Positions 7,021 to 13,859 of a DNA stretch of 17,836 bases are shown here, piece by piece. Below the pieces are notes generated by a model. It was not told the origin of the DNA. It was given only the letters and a program-made list of their open reading frames with translations, and made no database searches. How positions within the stretch are numbered: the first letter of the stretch is position 1; every line of letters begins with the position of its first letter. Both the position numbers and the translations under genes were made by a program. The DNA is from a virus (lineage: Duplodnaviria > Heunggongvirae > Uroviricota > Caudoviricetes): positions 1 to 17,836 of the IMG/VR virus record IMGVR_UViG_2554235189_000012. One strand, given 5' to 3'.

Positions 7021-7335
7021 TTAATTTATTCGTATGCCTGCTCTTTCTTCATCGAGTTTTTTTAGCTTGTATCGCATAGCTCTTACTGAATAAATTGAGC
7101 GGCAGGTTGCAATTGCTATTTCTTCTGCGGAGAACTTACCGAAAAGTGATACTTCGGCTCTTGTCCATCGTCTTCCACGAAGTCGGCTAACAATGTCAGC
7201 GCCAATCCTTGTTGCTTTCGCCATTACTGCTTTTTCAGTCCTTTCCAGTTTTTCAGCGATAACTTCAACTGGCATTGTCGCCGCTACTTCGCGCAAGAAA
7301 TCGACTTCCCATTTCTCCCATGGAGTCTTTTTCAT
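7021..7335 (-). CDS. Putative DNA-binding protein with two Myb/SANT-like repeats (104 aa)
   Basis: Two tandem ~40-aa segments each with a conserved Trp followed by helix-like A/E/I-rich stretches (WEKWEVDFLREVAATMPVEVIAEKL and RRWTRAEVSLFGKFSAEEIAIATCR); assignment is by pattern only. Confidence 0.4.
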   Translation of the reverse strand: MKKTPWEKWEVDFLREVAATMPVEVIAEKLERTEKAVMAKATRIGADIVSRLRGRRWTRAEVSLFGKFSAEEIAIATCRSIYSVRAMRYKLKKLDEERAGIRIN

Positions 7336-7346
7336 AGGCGATACCG

Positions 7347-7829
7347 TTATTTGATAAGAAGTGAAGGTTTCCCAACCTTGAGTTGAGCGCCTGGGATATT
7401 TATTCCTGCTTTTAGTTGGTGCTTGATTGCCAACTTGTCGGCTTTAATTGTCGTTTCAAACTCAACGTATTCAGGAGGAATGGCGCTTGAGTCGATGATT
7501 TCTACAGTTTCTGACGGTTTGCGGATTGTTACCTGGTGAATACCTGCTCGAATCTTTTTCTTGCCAACCATTTCAAGCGATGACGCTATATATGCCATAA
7601 TGCTATCAATCTTATTTTGAATTACTGCTGCTCGTTCATTCAGTGACTTTGCCTCGTCCTTGAGGCGTTCAGCATAACCAGATTCATTTTTAATAATGGC
7701 AAGAAGTTGCTCTATTTTATCGGTAAATTCTCCTTCCATGCCTTCTATTGTGTCAGCAATCATCTCTGGCTCTAAATCTGAATCCATCAGCTTTGCGTAT
7801 TCATTGGCTATTTCATACAGTTTGCTCAC
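7347..7829 (-). CDS. Mu Gam-like / Gp157-like protein (~160 aa)
   Basis: Directly downstream of recT; N-terminal predicted coiled coil and C-terminal G-x-V-x-I-R-x-P pattern resemble Mu Gam / siphovirus Gp157 family proteins; GTG start at 7829 preferred because GGAGG lies 6 nt upstream. Confidence 0.4.
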   Translation of the reverse strand: MSKLYEIANEYAKLMDSDLEPEMIADTIEGMEGEFTDKIEQLLAIIKNESGYAERLKDEAKSLNERAAVIQNKIDSIMAYIASSLEMVGKKKIRAGIHQVTIRKPSETVEIIDSSAIPPEYVEFETTIKADKLAIKHQLKAGINIPGAQLKVGKPSLLIK

Positions 7830-8724
7830 TGGCAACCTCCAGTTTCGCTTTGCATTCTATGTAAATGGCTTGTACGTTCTGCTGCAATTTCATTCCAGAT
7901 GTCAGGCGATATGCTTCTGCAAAATATCGCTTCAAATCATCCATGTTTTCTGCCTGAGCCATTTCATCGCAAAGAAGTTGTGCTTTATCCATTATTTCCT
8001 GCTGGCGTTTCCGTTCATCTTCGCGGATATCTTCCTCTGATTTGTGCGGCATAACTGGTTCAGTCCATACACCTTCTTCTTCGTTTAGTACGTGAATAGC
8101 ACTATCAAGACGTGATGCCTTAGGCCAATACTTGCTTGCACGCTTTACGACCGTCTTTCGCGCCATCTCATTCCAGTGATTTACCCATGGTCCTTTATCG
8201 CTGAATGCCGCCTTGCTTGTTTTCCTTACAGCCTCAATTTCAGCCAGACTCATCTCTTCCGTTAGATAATCACCTGCTGGCGTCTTAACTGTGCAGTAAA
8301 CGCCAACGATATCACCACGATCACCGAAGGCGTTGTATTTATGGGTTGGTGCTTTATCAAGCCCGTTTGACTCATAGGTATCGTTAGCATGAACAAGTTT
8401 TGCCTGACCCCATGAGATAACACCAGACTCCATTGCAATATGGAGCAATCCCATATAACTGATATCAAGGCACACCATGCCGTCGCGCGGAACCAGATAA
8501 GCCAGTTTGCTAGCCGGGTTTAAGGTGATGCCGATCGCCGCAACATTGATGATGGCGTTCTGTGCGCTGGTTGGATTTGCCAGTGCCGTTTTAGCCAGGT
8601 AATCATTTTTCTGGAAATACTGAATTGCAAACTGGCTTTCCTTAGCCCATGTCACCGTCTGTTCAGTCAATGCTCCGCAGAATAACTGCTCCTGCTGTTT
8701 AACGAATTCAACGATATTGCTCAT
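7813..8724 (-). CDS. recT: RecT-family single-strand annealing recombinase
   Basis: 303-aa ORF; motif GPWVNHWNEMARKTVVKRASKYWP closely parallels GPWVTHWEEMAKKTAIRRLFKYLP of E. coli RecT; GGAG RBS; position matches bet of lambda. Confidence 0.8.
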   Translation of the reverse strand: MSNIVEFVKQQEQLFCGALTEQTVTWAKESQFAIQYFQKNDYLAKTALANPTSAQNAIINVAAIGITLNPASKLAYLVPRDGMVCLDISYMGLLHIAMESGVISWGQAKLVHANDTYESNGLDKAPTHKYNAFGDRGDIVGVYCTVKTPAGDYLTEEMSLAEIEAVRKTSKAAFSDKGPWVNHWNEMARKTVVKRASKYWPKASRLDSAIHVLNEEEGVWTEPVMPHKSEEDIREDERKRQQEIMDKAQLLCDEMAQAENMDDLKRYFAEAYRLTSGMKLQQNVQAIYIECKAKLEVASEQTV

Positions 8725-9032
8725 GCTGCTTCTCCATAAATGTGTCTGCGTTTGAATATTGCGAAGGCATATTCAGCCTTAACTCTTTCGGTTATTGCAT
8801 CCCAGAACCATTCAGCGGCTTTTTCCTGATAGTCACAGTCATCATCTTCCAGCCAGTCGATAGCGTCCTTAGTGTGTTCATCTGGTTTATATGAGCGAAG
8901 CATTTCGCTTATTGGGTCGCAACGTTTGCAGAGGCGATCAACTTCACTGTTGATTCGTTCGTAATCATCATCAGTAAAACTTGCGATGATTTGCGATATT
9001 TCACGCTTATCATTCAGAGTCAGAATCATCAT
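8721..9032 (-). CDS. Hypothetical acidic protein (103 aa) at the gam/abc position
   Basis: ORF with AGGAGAAAG upstream of ATG; Asp/Glu-rich; lies between kil and recT where lambda has gam and P22 has abc1/abc2; function not assignable from sequence. Confidence 0.5.
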   Translation of the reverse strand: MMILTLNDKREISQIIASFTDDDYERINSEVDRLCKRCDPISEMLRSYKPDEHTKDAIDWLEDDDCDYQEKAAEWFWDAITERVKAEYAFAIFKRRHIYGEAA

Positions 9033-9113
9033 CTTTCTCCTGTTCTTTGTGCTGATTGAGCATTTCTTTCATCTGACGAATGAATTCTTCGTCTGACCAG
9101 TTATCTGTAAAAC

Positions 9114-9266
9114 TCATTTCCTGCGATACCACGGAAGGTTGATAGCTGATTTCATCGCTTTATTTGCTTCAAGCCACATTTTTGAATCACCAATAAATCT
9201 GGCTATTACTGCTTTGTTCTGTGCAGCACGAAGCATCTGGTGATTAATGGCTATTTCATTGCGCAT
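9114..9266 (-). CDS. kil: Kil-like host cell-division inhibitor (50 aa), below ORF-track size cutoff
   Basis: MRNEIAINHQMLRAAQNKAVIARFIGDSKMWLEANKAMKSAINLPWYRRK shares the IA-FIGD-KM-EA pattern I recall from lambda Kil; immediately downstream of cIII as in lambda; GAGG RBS 7 nt upstream. Confidence 0.45.
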   Translation of the reverse strand: MRNEIAINHQMLRAAQNKAVIARFIGDSKMWLEANKAMKSAINLPWYRRK

Positions 9267-9376
9267 AATAAGACCTCAACTCTTTTCCATCCGTCACGTA
9301 ATTTACGGGTGATTCGTTCAAGTAAAGATTCGGAAGGGCAGCCAGCAACAGGCCACCCTGCAATGGCATATTGCAT
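9251..9376 (-). CDS. cIII: CIII-like regulator (inhibitor of FtsH-mediated CII degradation)
   Basis: MQYAIAGWPVAGCPSESLLERITRKLRDGWKR matches the lambda CIII N-terminal region as I recall it; AAGGAG RBS; the ORF-track entry 9251-9478 includes a non-coding upstream extension. Confidence 0.8.
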   Translation of the reverse strand: MQYAIAGWPVAGCPSESLLERITRKLRDGWKRVEVLLCAMK

Positions 9377-9436
9377 GGTGTGCTCCTTATTTATACATAA
9401 CGAAAAACGCCTCTCGTGAAGCGTTATTGGTATGCA

Positions 9437-9463
9437 TATAAAAAGGCCCTCACACTGGAGGGC
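9437..9463 (-). terminator. Intrinsic terminator on minus strand (stem GCCCTC/GAGGGC, 6-nt loop, then CTTTTTAT) upstream of cIII
   Basis: GC-rich 6-bp hairpin followed by a U-run on the minus strand; analogous in position to a tL terminator that would need N antitermination for read-through. Confidence 0.55.
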
Positions 9464-9599
9464 AAAGAAGATTTCCAATAATCAGAACAAGTCGGCTCCT
9501 GTTTAGTTACGAGCGACATTGCTCCGTGTATTCACTCGTTGGAATGAATACACAGTGCAGTGTTTATTCTGTTGTTTATGCCAAAAATAAAGGCCACTA

Positions 9600-9851
9600 T
9601 CAGGCAGCTTTGTTGTAAATGTTGCAGGTATCAAGTAAGTAATTAGATGGAGCGCCATAAATTATGAATTCATCGTTTGTCTGGTCCATCTCCATCTCTT
9701 GGCCTATTGCCATTCTTGCGTCAGTGTCATCAGCGGCGAAGCATAAAACAGCCCACGCACCCATTGTTTTAAAAAGAACTGCAATTGGCTGTGGTTTTAC
9801 TGAATTTGCGTTAGCGCGAAAATCACAAATCGCACTTTCATGAAATTCCAT
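9600..9851 (-). CDS. Hypothetical protein (83 aa)
   Basis: ORF MEFHESAICDFRANANSVKPQPIAVLF...; preceded by the conserved 26-nt leader and a GAGGTGA RBS. Confidence 0.5.
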   Translation of the reverse strand: MEFHESAICDFRANANSVKPQPIAVLFKTMGAWAVLCFAADDTDARMAIGQEMEMDQTNDEFIIYGAPSNYLLDTCNIYNKAA

Positions 9852-9858
9852 ATCTCAC

Positions 9859-9884
9859 CTCAAATAATTGGTTTGCTGCCAAAA
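9859..9884 (-). promoter_or_regulatory. Conserved 26-nt 5' leader element, copy 1 (minus strand TTTTGGCAGCAAACCAATTATTTGAG)
   Basis: 25/26 identical to a second copy at 10096-10121; both end 7 nt upstream of an ATG start codon. Confidence 0.4.
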
Positions 9885-9893
9885 GAAAACCGA

Positions 9894-10088
9894 CTATGCG
9901 TCCTGTCGTTTTTCCGACGCTCTATTCATTTCCTGCCAGATGGCAACTACAGCATCTTCAATATTTCTTTCCTTCAGATCCCATAAATCCCACAGGCCTG
10001 GCATCTCATGACCAAGTTCATCTAAAAGTTTTTTTGCTCCAGCCTGAATCACGTTCTCACTCAGTTGAATCTCTGTTGTTGATTTCAT
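9894..10088 (-). CDS. Hypothetical protein (64 aa; alternative start at 10154 would give 86 aa)
   Basis: ATG at 10088 is preceded by GAGAGGA and the conserved leader; the upstream in-frame ATG at 10154 overlaps the previous stop (ATGA) and cannot be excluded. Confidence 0.45.
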   Translation of the reverse strand: MKSTTEIQLSENVIQAGAKKLLDELGHEMPGLWDLWDLKERNIEDAVVAIWQEMNRASEKRQDA

Positions 10089-10095
10089 AATTCCT

Positions 10096-10121
10096 CTCAA
10101 ATAAGTGGTTTGCTGCCAAAA
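10096..10121 (-). promoter_or_regulatory. Conserved 26-nt 5' leader element, copy 2 (minus strand TTTTGGCAGCAAACCACTTATTTGAG)
   Basis: See copy 1 at 9859-9884. Confidence 0.4.
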
Positions 10122-10150
10122 CAATGAACCATCCGGAAATTCCAGATAGT

Positions 10151-10375
10151 TCATAATTCACTCTTCAATACTTCCAACTTACTAATCGCCGATAGATATC
10201 CGCGCTGATAGGGCATCATCATTCCTTCGAGCTTGCCACTTCTTAACTCCTCCCTGAGCAATTGTATTGCTTGATCAATAACCTCTGCCTTAGCGTCCTT
10301 TATGGCTTGCTTGCGGGGCTTTGCTTTCTGCTTTGGCAGATTTCTCAAGCATGATGGAATGTATGTCTGATTCAT
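10151..10375 (-). CDS. Hypothetical basic protein (74 aa) immediately downstream of N
   Basis: ATG 3 nt after the N stop codon, GAGG upstream; Lys/Arg-rich; no family recognised. Confidence 0.5.
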   Translation of the reverse strand: MNQTYIPSCLRNLPKQKAKPRKQAIKDAKAEVIDQAIQLLREELRSGKLEGMMMPYQRGYLSAISKLEVLKSEL

Positions 10376-10378
10376 CAC

Positions 10379-10651
10379 TTACCTCGCTGTCAGTTGTTTT
10401 GATTTCCGGTAGCCTGCCGCGTAAAGAGCTACGTTTGGCAGGCAAATACTTCCACTGCATTCATCTGCCTTCTTGCAGCGAAGGCCTCCGAGTGATGCTG
10501 CTTTATCTGCTCTGACGCAACCAGAGAGCTTTAGCGCAATTTTTCGCGCCAGTCGCTGCTCTTGCATTGCCTGTTCACGTTGAGCCTGTCTGCGTGCTCT
10601 GCGGCGATTTCTGGCGTTATCGTCAGCCAGATATGTAATGACTACTGCCAT
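10379..10651 (-). CDS. N: N-like transcription antitermination protein with arginine-rich motif
   Basis: 90-aa ORF with GGAGG RBS; Arg-rich N-terminus (NARNRRRARRQAQREQ); central and C-terminal segments (ARKIALKLSGCVRADKAASLG..., VALYAAGYRKSKQLTAR) resemble phage 21 and P22 N proteins as recalled; lies downstream of pL/nutL. Confidence 0.75.
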   Translation of the reverse strand: MAVVITYLADDNARNRRRARRQAQREQAMQEQRLARKIALKLSGCVRADKAASLGGLRCKKADECSGSICLPNVALYAAGYRKSKQLTAR

Positions 10652-10758
10652 GTTGACCTCCGATGATTGACTTTGGCGGTGACGCGCCGGGTGCTTATCT
10701 TCCGGTTGCCGTCGTGCAGCTGCACTTCACGTCACCCCAAAGCCAACTACTCTTTGGT

Positions 10759-10799
10759 TCCCGCATTTCGGCGGGACAATCCCATCAATGTTAAAGAGC
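10759..10799 (-). promoter_or_regulatory. nutL-like site: boxA GCTCTTTAAC plus boxB hairpin TCCCGCCGAAATGCGGGA (minus strand)
   Basis: The same boxA and boxB sequences occur on the plus strand between cro and cII (nutR); each lies downstream of its promoter. Confidence 0.55.
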
Positions 10800-10845
10800 C
10801 TGCCAATCTGTTCCGTTTGGCTACCAGCGTCCTGCTGATGGCTAA

Positions 10846-10874
10846 AGAATACTGTAGGTATTTTATTGTGTAAA
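10846..10874 (-). promoter_or_regulatory. Candidate pL promoter (-35 TTTACA, 17-nt spacer, -10 TATTCT) overlapping operators
   Basis: Hexamers read on the minus strand overlap two AATAC-N5-GTATT operators; the same -10 hexamer and operator arrangement occur at pR. Confidence 0.4.
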
Positions 10875-10932
10875 TACCCAAGGTATTTATTTTTGATGAA
10901 ATAATGATAAGCAAATGAATACAAAGGATATT
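10848..10932. promoter_or_regulatory. oL operator region: three AATAC-N5-GTATT-type sites (10848-10862, 10873-10887, 10918-10932)
   Basis: AATACTGTAGGTATT, AATACCCAAGGTATT (part of a perfect 17-bp palindrome AAATACCCAAGGTATTT), AATACAAAGGATATT; same half-site as the oR sites. Confidence 0.55.
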
Positions 10933-11018
10933 TATTTTTTCGGTGTCTGCTTGTTCAGTGCTTTTTATGCGGGATATGTGAAGTGGATCCCGATAGCTAT
11001 TGCTGCCGGGATTATAGG

Positions 11019-11387
11019 TTAGTCAGCGAAGGTTAAGACGAGAATTACCTTAATGATGTCTGCTACAACAGACACGGCCATAGATAAACCAAAGACGATC
11101 CAAGCCACAGTGATGTCTTCACTACCATCGTATAGAGTTCCGTAATCACTGGTGTAAGGCGTAAATGTCGCGCCTTGATACAATAGGTATAAGCTTGATC
11201 CATAGAGGATAAATGCAGATATCCCTTGTATTGCTATGATCACCAGAATCATGAAACGAGCTGATCTATGCGCCCAAGCCTGGCTTATTTTTTCTGATAG
11301 AGATTTCGCAATAAAAGTATGCGCTAAGCCGTAAATTGTCGAGATTGCCAACATCCCAAAAAAGCTTGCTATAGCGGTTCCAACCAT
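11019..11387 (-). CDS. Small integral membrane protein (~122 aa, three predicted TM helices) downstream of cI
   Basis: ORF begins 18 nt after the cI stop with AAGGGG upstream of ATG at 11387 (the ORF track starts it at a TTG inside the cI stop); three hydrophobic segments; occupies the position of rexAB in lambda. Confidence 0.6.
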   Translation of the reverse strand: MVGTAIASFFGMLAISTIYGLAHTFIAKSLSEKISQAWAHRSARFMILVIIAIQGISAFILYGSSLYLLYQGATFTPYTSDYGTLYDGSEDITVAWIVFGLSMAVSVVADIIKVILVLTFAD

Positions 11388-11404
11388 AATCGCCCCTTGC
11401 GTGA

Positions 11405-12121
11405 TCAAACCAGCCTTAGTTTTGTCTCAATTGCAACGCCTATAATCTTGCAGTTTCCATTGATTGGCACGAGAGGCCATGCAGGATTAAGTCCCTTGAG
11501 GTATTTATTTCCGCCGTCGATTATCAGCTTCTTGAATGTTGCTTCGTTAGAGTCAGAAAGTTTTGCTATGACCAAGCTGCCGTTGATCGCCTCCCTTCCG
11601 GTATCGAAAAGAACGAATGTTCCCTCTGGAATACTTAACCCAACCGGTGCCGTCATTGAATCACCTTCCACTTTAAGCCAGAACGCATTACCTTGAATAT
11701 GCGCGTCAGACTCAAGCCAAACATCTATGTCTTTAATGGTGTATGGTTCGCATGCTTCACACCACGAGCCAGCCTGGATACTGCTTAACACCGGATACCT
11801 CTTTCCTGCTCTGTATTCCCCTGCATACCTTACGTTGGCATCGCTCTTAAGGCTTTCTGCCTGTTCTGCAACCTTGGCAGCAATTGACTGGCTAAAATCA
11901 GCAATTGAGACTTGCAACAAACGTGCAAAACCAGATGCGACCTCAACGTTTAGCGCGTTTCTGCCATTAAGATAATGCCCTACCGCTCCTTGGGTGATAC
12001 CCAGTTCATCAGCGATTGAGTATTGGGTTATTCCCAATTCTTTCTTTTTTGACTCATACAAAGCCTTAAGCCGCTTAGCGTCTTCGAGCTGTTCTGTCGT
12101 CAGTGATTTTTTATTTTCCAT
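11405..12121 (-). CDS. cI: CI-type prophage repressor (HTH_XRE N-terminal domain plus LexA/S24-like C-terminal domain)
   Basis: 238-aa ORF; N-terminus TEQLEDAKRLKALYESKKKELGITQYSIADELG parallels lambda CI; C-terminal FWLKVEGDSMTAP matches the S24 autocleavage domain; divergent from cro with operators between. Confidence 0.9.
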   Translation of the reverse strand: MENKKSLTTEQLEDAKRLKALYESKKKELGITQYSIADELGITQGAVGHYLNGRNALNVEVASGFARLLQVSIADFSQSIAAKVAEQAESLKSDANVRYAGEYRAGKRYPVLSSIQAGSWCEACEPYTIKDIDVWLESDAHIQGNAFWLKVEGDSMTAPVGLSIPEGTFVLFDTGREAINGSLVIAKLSDSNEATFKKLIIDGGNKYLKGLNPAWPLVPINGNCKIIGVAIETKLRLV

Positions 12122-12156
12122 AGCTTAATTCTAATAGCTAAGGTACTTAAACTAAA

Positions 12157-12196
12157 AATACCCTGAGTATTGATTGCTTTGAATACCTGTAGTATT
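12157..12196. promoter_or_regulatory. oR operator region: two AATAC-N5-GTATT sites (12157-12171, 12182-12196)
   Basis: AATACCCTGAGTATT and AATACCTGTAGTATT, 10 bp apart, between cI and cro; a third site nearer cI could not be defined. Confidence 0.55.
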
Positions 12197-12198
12197 CT
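12170..12198 (+). promoter_or_regulatory. Candidate pR promoter (-35 TTGATT, 17-nt spacer, -10 TATTCT)
   Basis: Hexamers overlap the two oR sites; cro ATG about 30 nt downstream. Confidence 0.4.
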
Positions 12199-12227
12199 TT
12201 GTTCATGGTTAATAACGGAGAGTGCAT

Positions 12228-12422
12228 ATGATTCGAATGACACTTGCCGATTACGCCAAAATCCATGGACAGGCTAAAGCAGCCAGTGACTTTGGTGTAA
12301 TCCAGTGCGCTATCAGCAAGGCCATTCTGGCAGGCCGTAACATTATGGTTACGGTAAAGCCTGATGGCAGTGTGATTGGAGAGGAAGTTCGTCCTTTCCC
12401 AAGCAACAAGAAAAACAAATAG
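12228..12422 (+). CDS. cro: Cro-like repressor
   Basis: 64-aa [65 protein letters not shown], homologous in pattern to lambda Cro; GGAG RBS; the ORF track starts it at an upstream GTG. Confidence 0.8.
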   Translation: MIRMTLADYAKIHGQAKAASDFGVIQCAISKAILAGRNIMVTVKPDGSVIGEEVRPFPSNKKNK

Positions 12423-12429
12423 TAACACC

Positions 12430-12473
12430 GCTCTTTAACAGTCATGGTCCTCATTCCCGCCGAAATGCGGGAA
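12430..12473 (+). promoter_or_regulatory. nutR-like site: boxA GCTCTTTAAC plus boxB hairpin TTCCCGCCGAAATGCGGGAA
   Basis: 7-bp stem and 6-nt loop hairpin 14 nt after boxA, between cro and cII; boxB core identical to nutL. Confidence 0.55.
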
Positions 12474-12530
12474 TACAACGCGCATAAGTTGATGCGCATA
12501 ACTTCTTATTTGTTAAGGAAATACTTACAT

Positions 12531-12824
12531 ATGGTTCGTGCAAACAAACGCAACGAGGCTCTACGAATCGAGAGTGCGTTGCTTAACAAAATCGCAATGC
12601 TTGGAACTGAGAAGACAGCGGAAGCTGTGGGAGTTGATAAGTCGCAGATCAGCAGGTGGAAGAGGGACTGGATTCCAAAGTTCTCAATGCTGCTTGCTGT
12701 TCTTGAATGGGGCGTCGTTGACGACGATATGGCTCGATTGGCACGACAAGTTGCTTCGATTCTCACCAATAAAAAACGCCCGGCGGCAACCGAGCGTTCT
12801 GAACAAATCCAGATGGAATTCTGA
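12531..12824 (+). CDS. cII: CII transcriptional activator (lambda-type)
   Basis: 97-aa product [51 protein letters not shown]... is, as far as I can recall, essentially identical to lambda CII; upstream RBS region also lambda-like. Confidence 0.9.
   Translation: MVRANKRNEALRIESALLNKIAMLGTEKTAEAVGVDKSQISRWKRDWIPKFSMLLAVLEWGVVDDDMARLARQVASILTNKKRPAATERSEQIQMEF
12540..12553 (-). promoter_or_regulatory. CII-binding TTGC-N6-TTGC repeat of a pRE-type promoter (minus strand)
   Basis: Minus strand reads TTGCGTTTGTTTGC inside the 5' end of cII, as in lambda pRE. Confidence 0.5.
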
Positions 12825-12846
12825 GGTCATTACTGGATCTATCAAC
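12770..12846 (-). ncRNA. oop: Possible oop-like antisense RNA (terminator hairpin within 3' end of cII; promoter only partly conserved)
   Basis: Lambda-like sequence at the cII 3' end includes a GC-rich hairpin followed by TTTTTTATTGG on the minus strand; a CATAAT -10 is retained but the -35 region differs because the downstream sequence is not lambda-like. Extent inferred by analogy. Confidence 0.3.
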
Positions 12847-12856
12847 AGGAGTAATT

Positions 12857-13002
12857 ATGACAAAACAACTCAGTCCTTACCAGGACAAAATTCACAAACA
12901 CATACTACGTGATCGCTTCCTGTCCAGCTTCAAGCAGCCTGGTCGATTCAGGGCTGAGTTGGAAAAAGTGAAGCTGATGCAGAAGGAGAAAGGTCATGAG
13001 TA
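12857..13002 (+). CDS. Hypothetical 48-aa protein between cII and the O-like gene (reminiscent of P22 orf48 by position and size)
   Basis: AGGAG 6 nt upstream of ATG at 12857; [48 protein letters not shown]; stop overlaps the O-like start; its RBS and first codons coincide with where lambda O would start. Confidence 0.4.
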
Positions 13003-13856
13003 ATATTGCAACCGTAACACATTTAAGGCCTTCACAACGGCCTGTGGAGCGTCGTGTGGCAGAAGTTGAAGATGGTTATACCCGTCTTGCAAATGCCCTG
13101 TATGAAGAGCTTATCGGCGCTGATTTAACGAAAAATCAGAGCAAGGTTGCCCACGCCATATGCCGTAAAACATACGGCTACGGTAAAAAGATGGATCGCA
13201 TCTCTGATAGTCAGTTAGCTCAAATTACCAGGCTGCCAAGACAGAAGGTAAACAAGGCCAAGAATGAGCTTATCGCGATGAAGGTTATCCTTCGCGAAGG
13301 CCAGCAAATCGGGCCTAACAAGAACATCGAAGAATGGCAAATCGAAGGGTGTCACTACTCTGGTGATAATGTCACCGCATTGGTGACAAAAAGTGTCACC
13401 AAAACGGTGACAGCGCTGTCACCAAAACAGGGACACACAAAAGAAACTATTACAAAAGAAAAAAGAAATAATAAAAACACTATGTCCGAAAGTGTTCGGA
13501 CGGAGTGTGAAAAATCACCTGACCGTCACGAAGAAACCGACAAGGCATTCGAGGAAATATTCTGGTGTGCAGGCATGCGGAAAGCCGGGAAGAAAAACGC
13601 AGCTTCGGCATTCAGAACACAGTTCAGGGAATGGCGTAAAACTACCAGGGGTACGGCAAGCGAGTTTGCCACGATGCTGGCAGAAGACATCGCATGCAGG
13701 AATGGTAAGCAGTTCGGATTCGACAGGTTGTTACCATCGAGCTACCTGAACGGTCAGCGCTGGAACGACGAAAAGCCAGAAACCATTCAACCACAATCCA
13801 AACCATCATCCGCAATCACCGTATCGAAAACTGGCTACGTGTTTTTCGACAGGTGA
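12996..13856 (+). CDS. Replication initiator, lambda O-like N-terminal domain with a heterologous C-terminal domain
   Basis: 286-aa ORF with AAGGAG RBS; N-terminal region ([56 protein letters not shown]...GPNKNIEEW) parallels lambda O; internal iteron array and AT-rich tract; C-terminus unlike lambda O. Confidence 0.8.
   Translation: MSNIATVTHLRPSQRPVERRVAEVEDGYTRLANALYEELIGADLTKNQSKVAHAICRKTYGYGKKMDRISDSQLAQITRLPRQKVNKAKNELIAMKVILREGQQIGPNKNIEEWQIEGCHYSGDNVTALVTKSVTKTVTALSPKQGHTKETITKEKRNNKNTMSESVRTECEKSPDRHEETDKAFEEIFWCAGMRKAGKKNAASAFRTQFREWRKTTRGTASEFATMLAEDIACRNGKQFGFDRLLPSSYLNGQRWNDEKPETIQPQSKPSSAITVSKTGYVFFDR
13349..13480. repeat. Putative replication origin: four TGTCACC-N4-7-GGTGACA-type iterons followed by an A-rich tract
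   Basis: Four ~20-bp-spaced dyad repeats inside the O-like gene, then GGGACACACAAAAGAAACTATTACAAAAGAAAAAAGAAATAATAAAAAC, closely resembling the lambda ori layout. Confidence 0.6.
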
Positions 13857-13859
13857 ACC

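Noticed and set aside
9377-9478. Upstream extension of the cIII ORF-track entry (MEIFFALQCEGLF...)
   Set aside because: CIII homology begins at MQYAIAG (ATG at 9376) with an AAGGAG RBS; the extension runs through a terminator hairpin and is non-coding.
10667-10924. ORFs 10667-10873 (+) and 10727-10924 (-) spanning the nutL/oL/pL region
   Set aside because: They cover the operator repeats, promoter hexamers and nut hairpin, which explain the sequence better; no RBS.
11008-11014. CTATAAT hexamer on the minus strand inside the 3' end of the membrane-protein gene as a possible second leftward promoter
   Set aside because: No acceptable -35 at 16-18 nt spacing and it lies upstream of, not overlapping, the operators; the pL candidate at 10846-10874 fits better.
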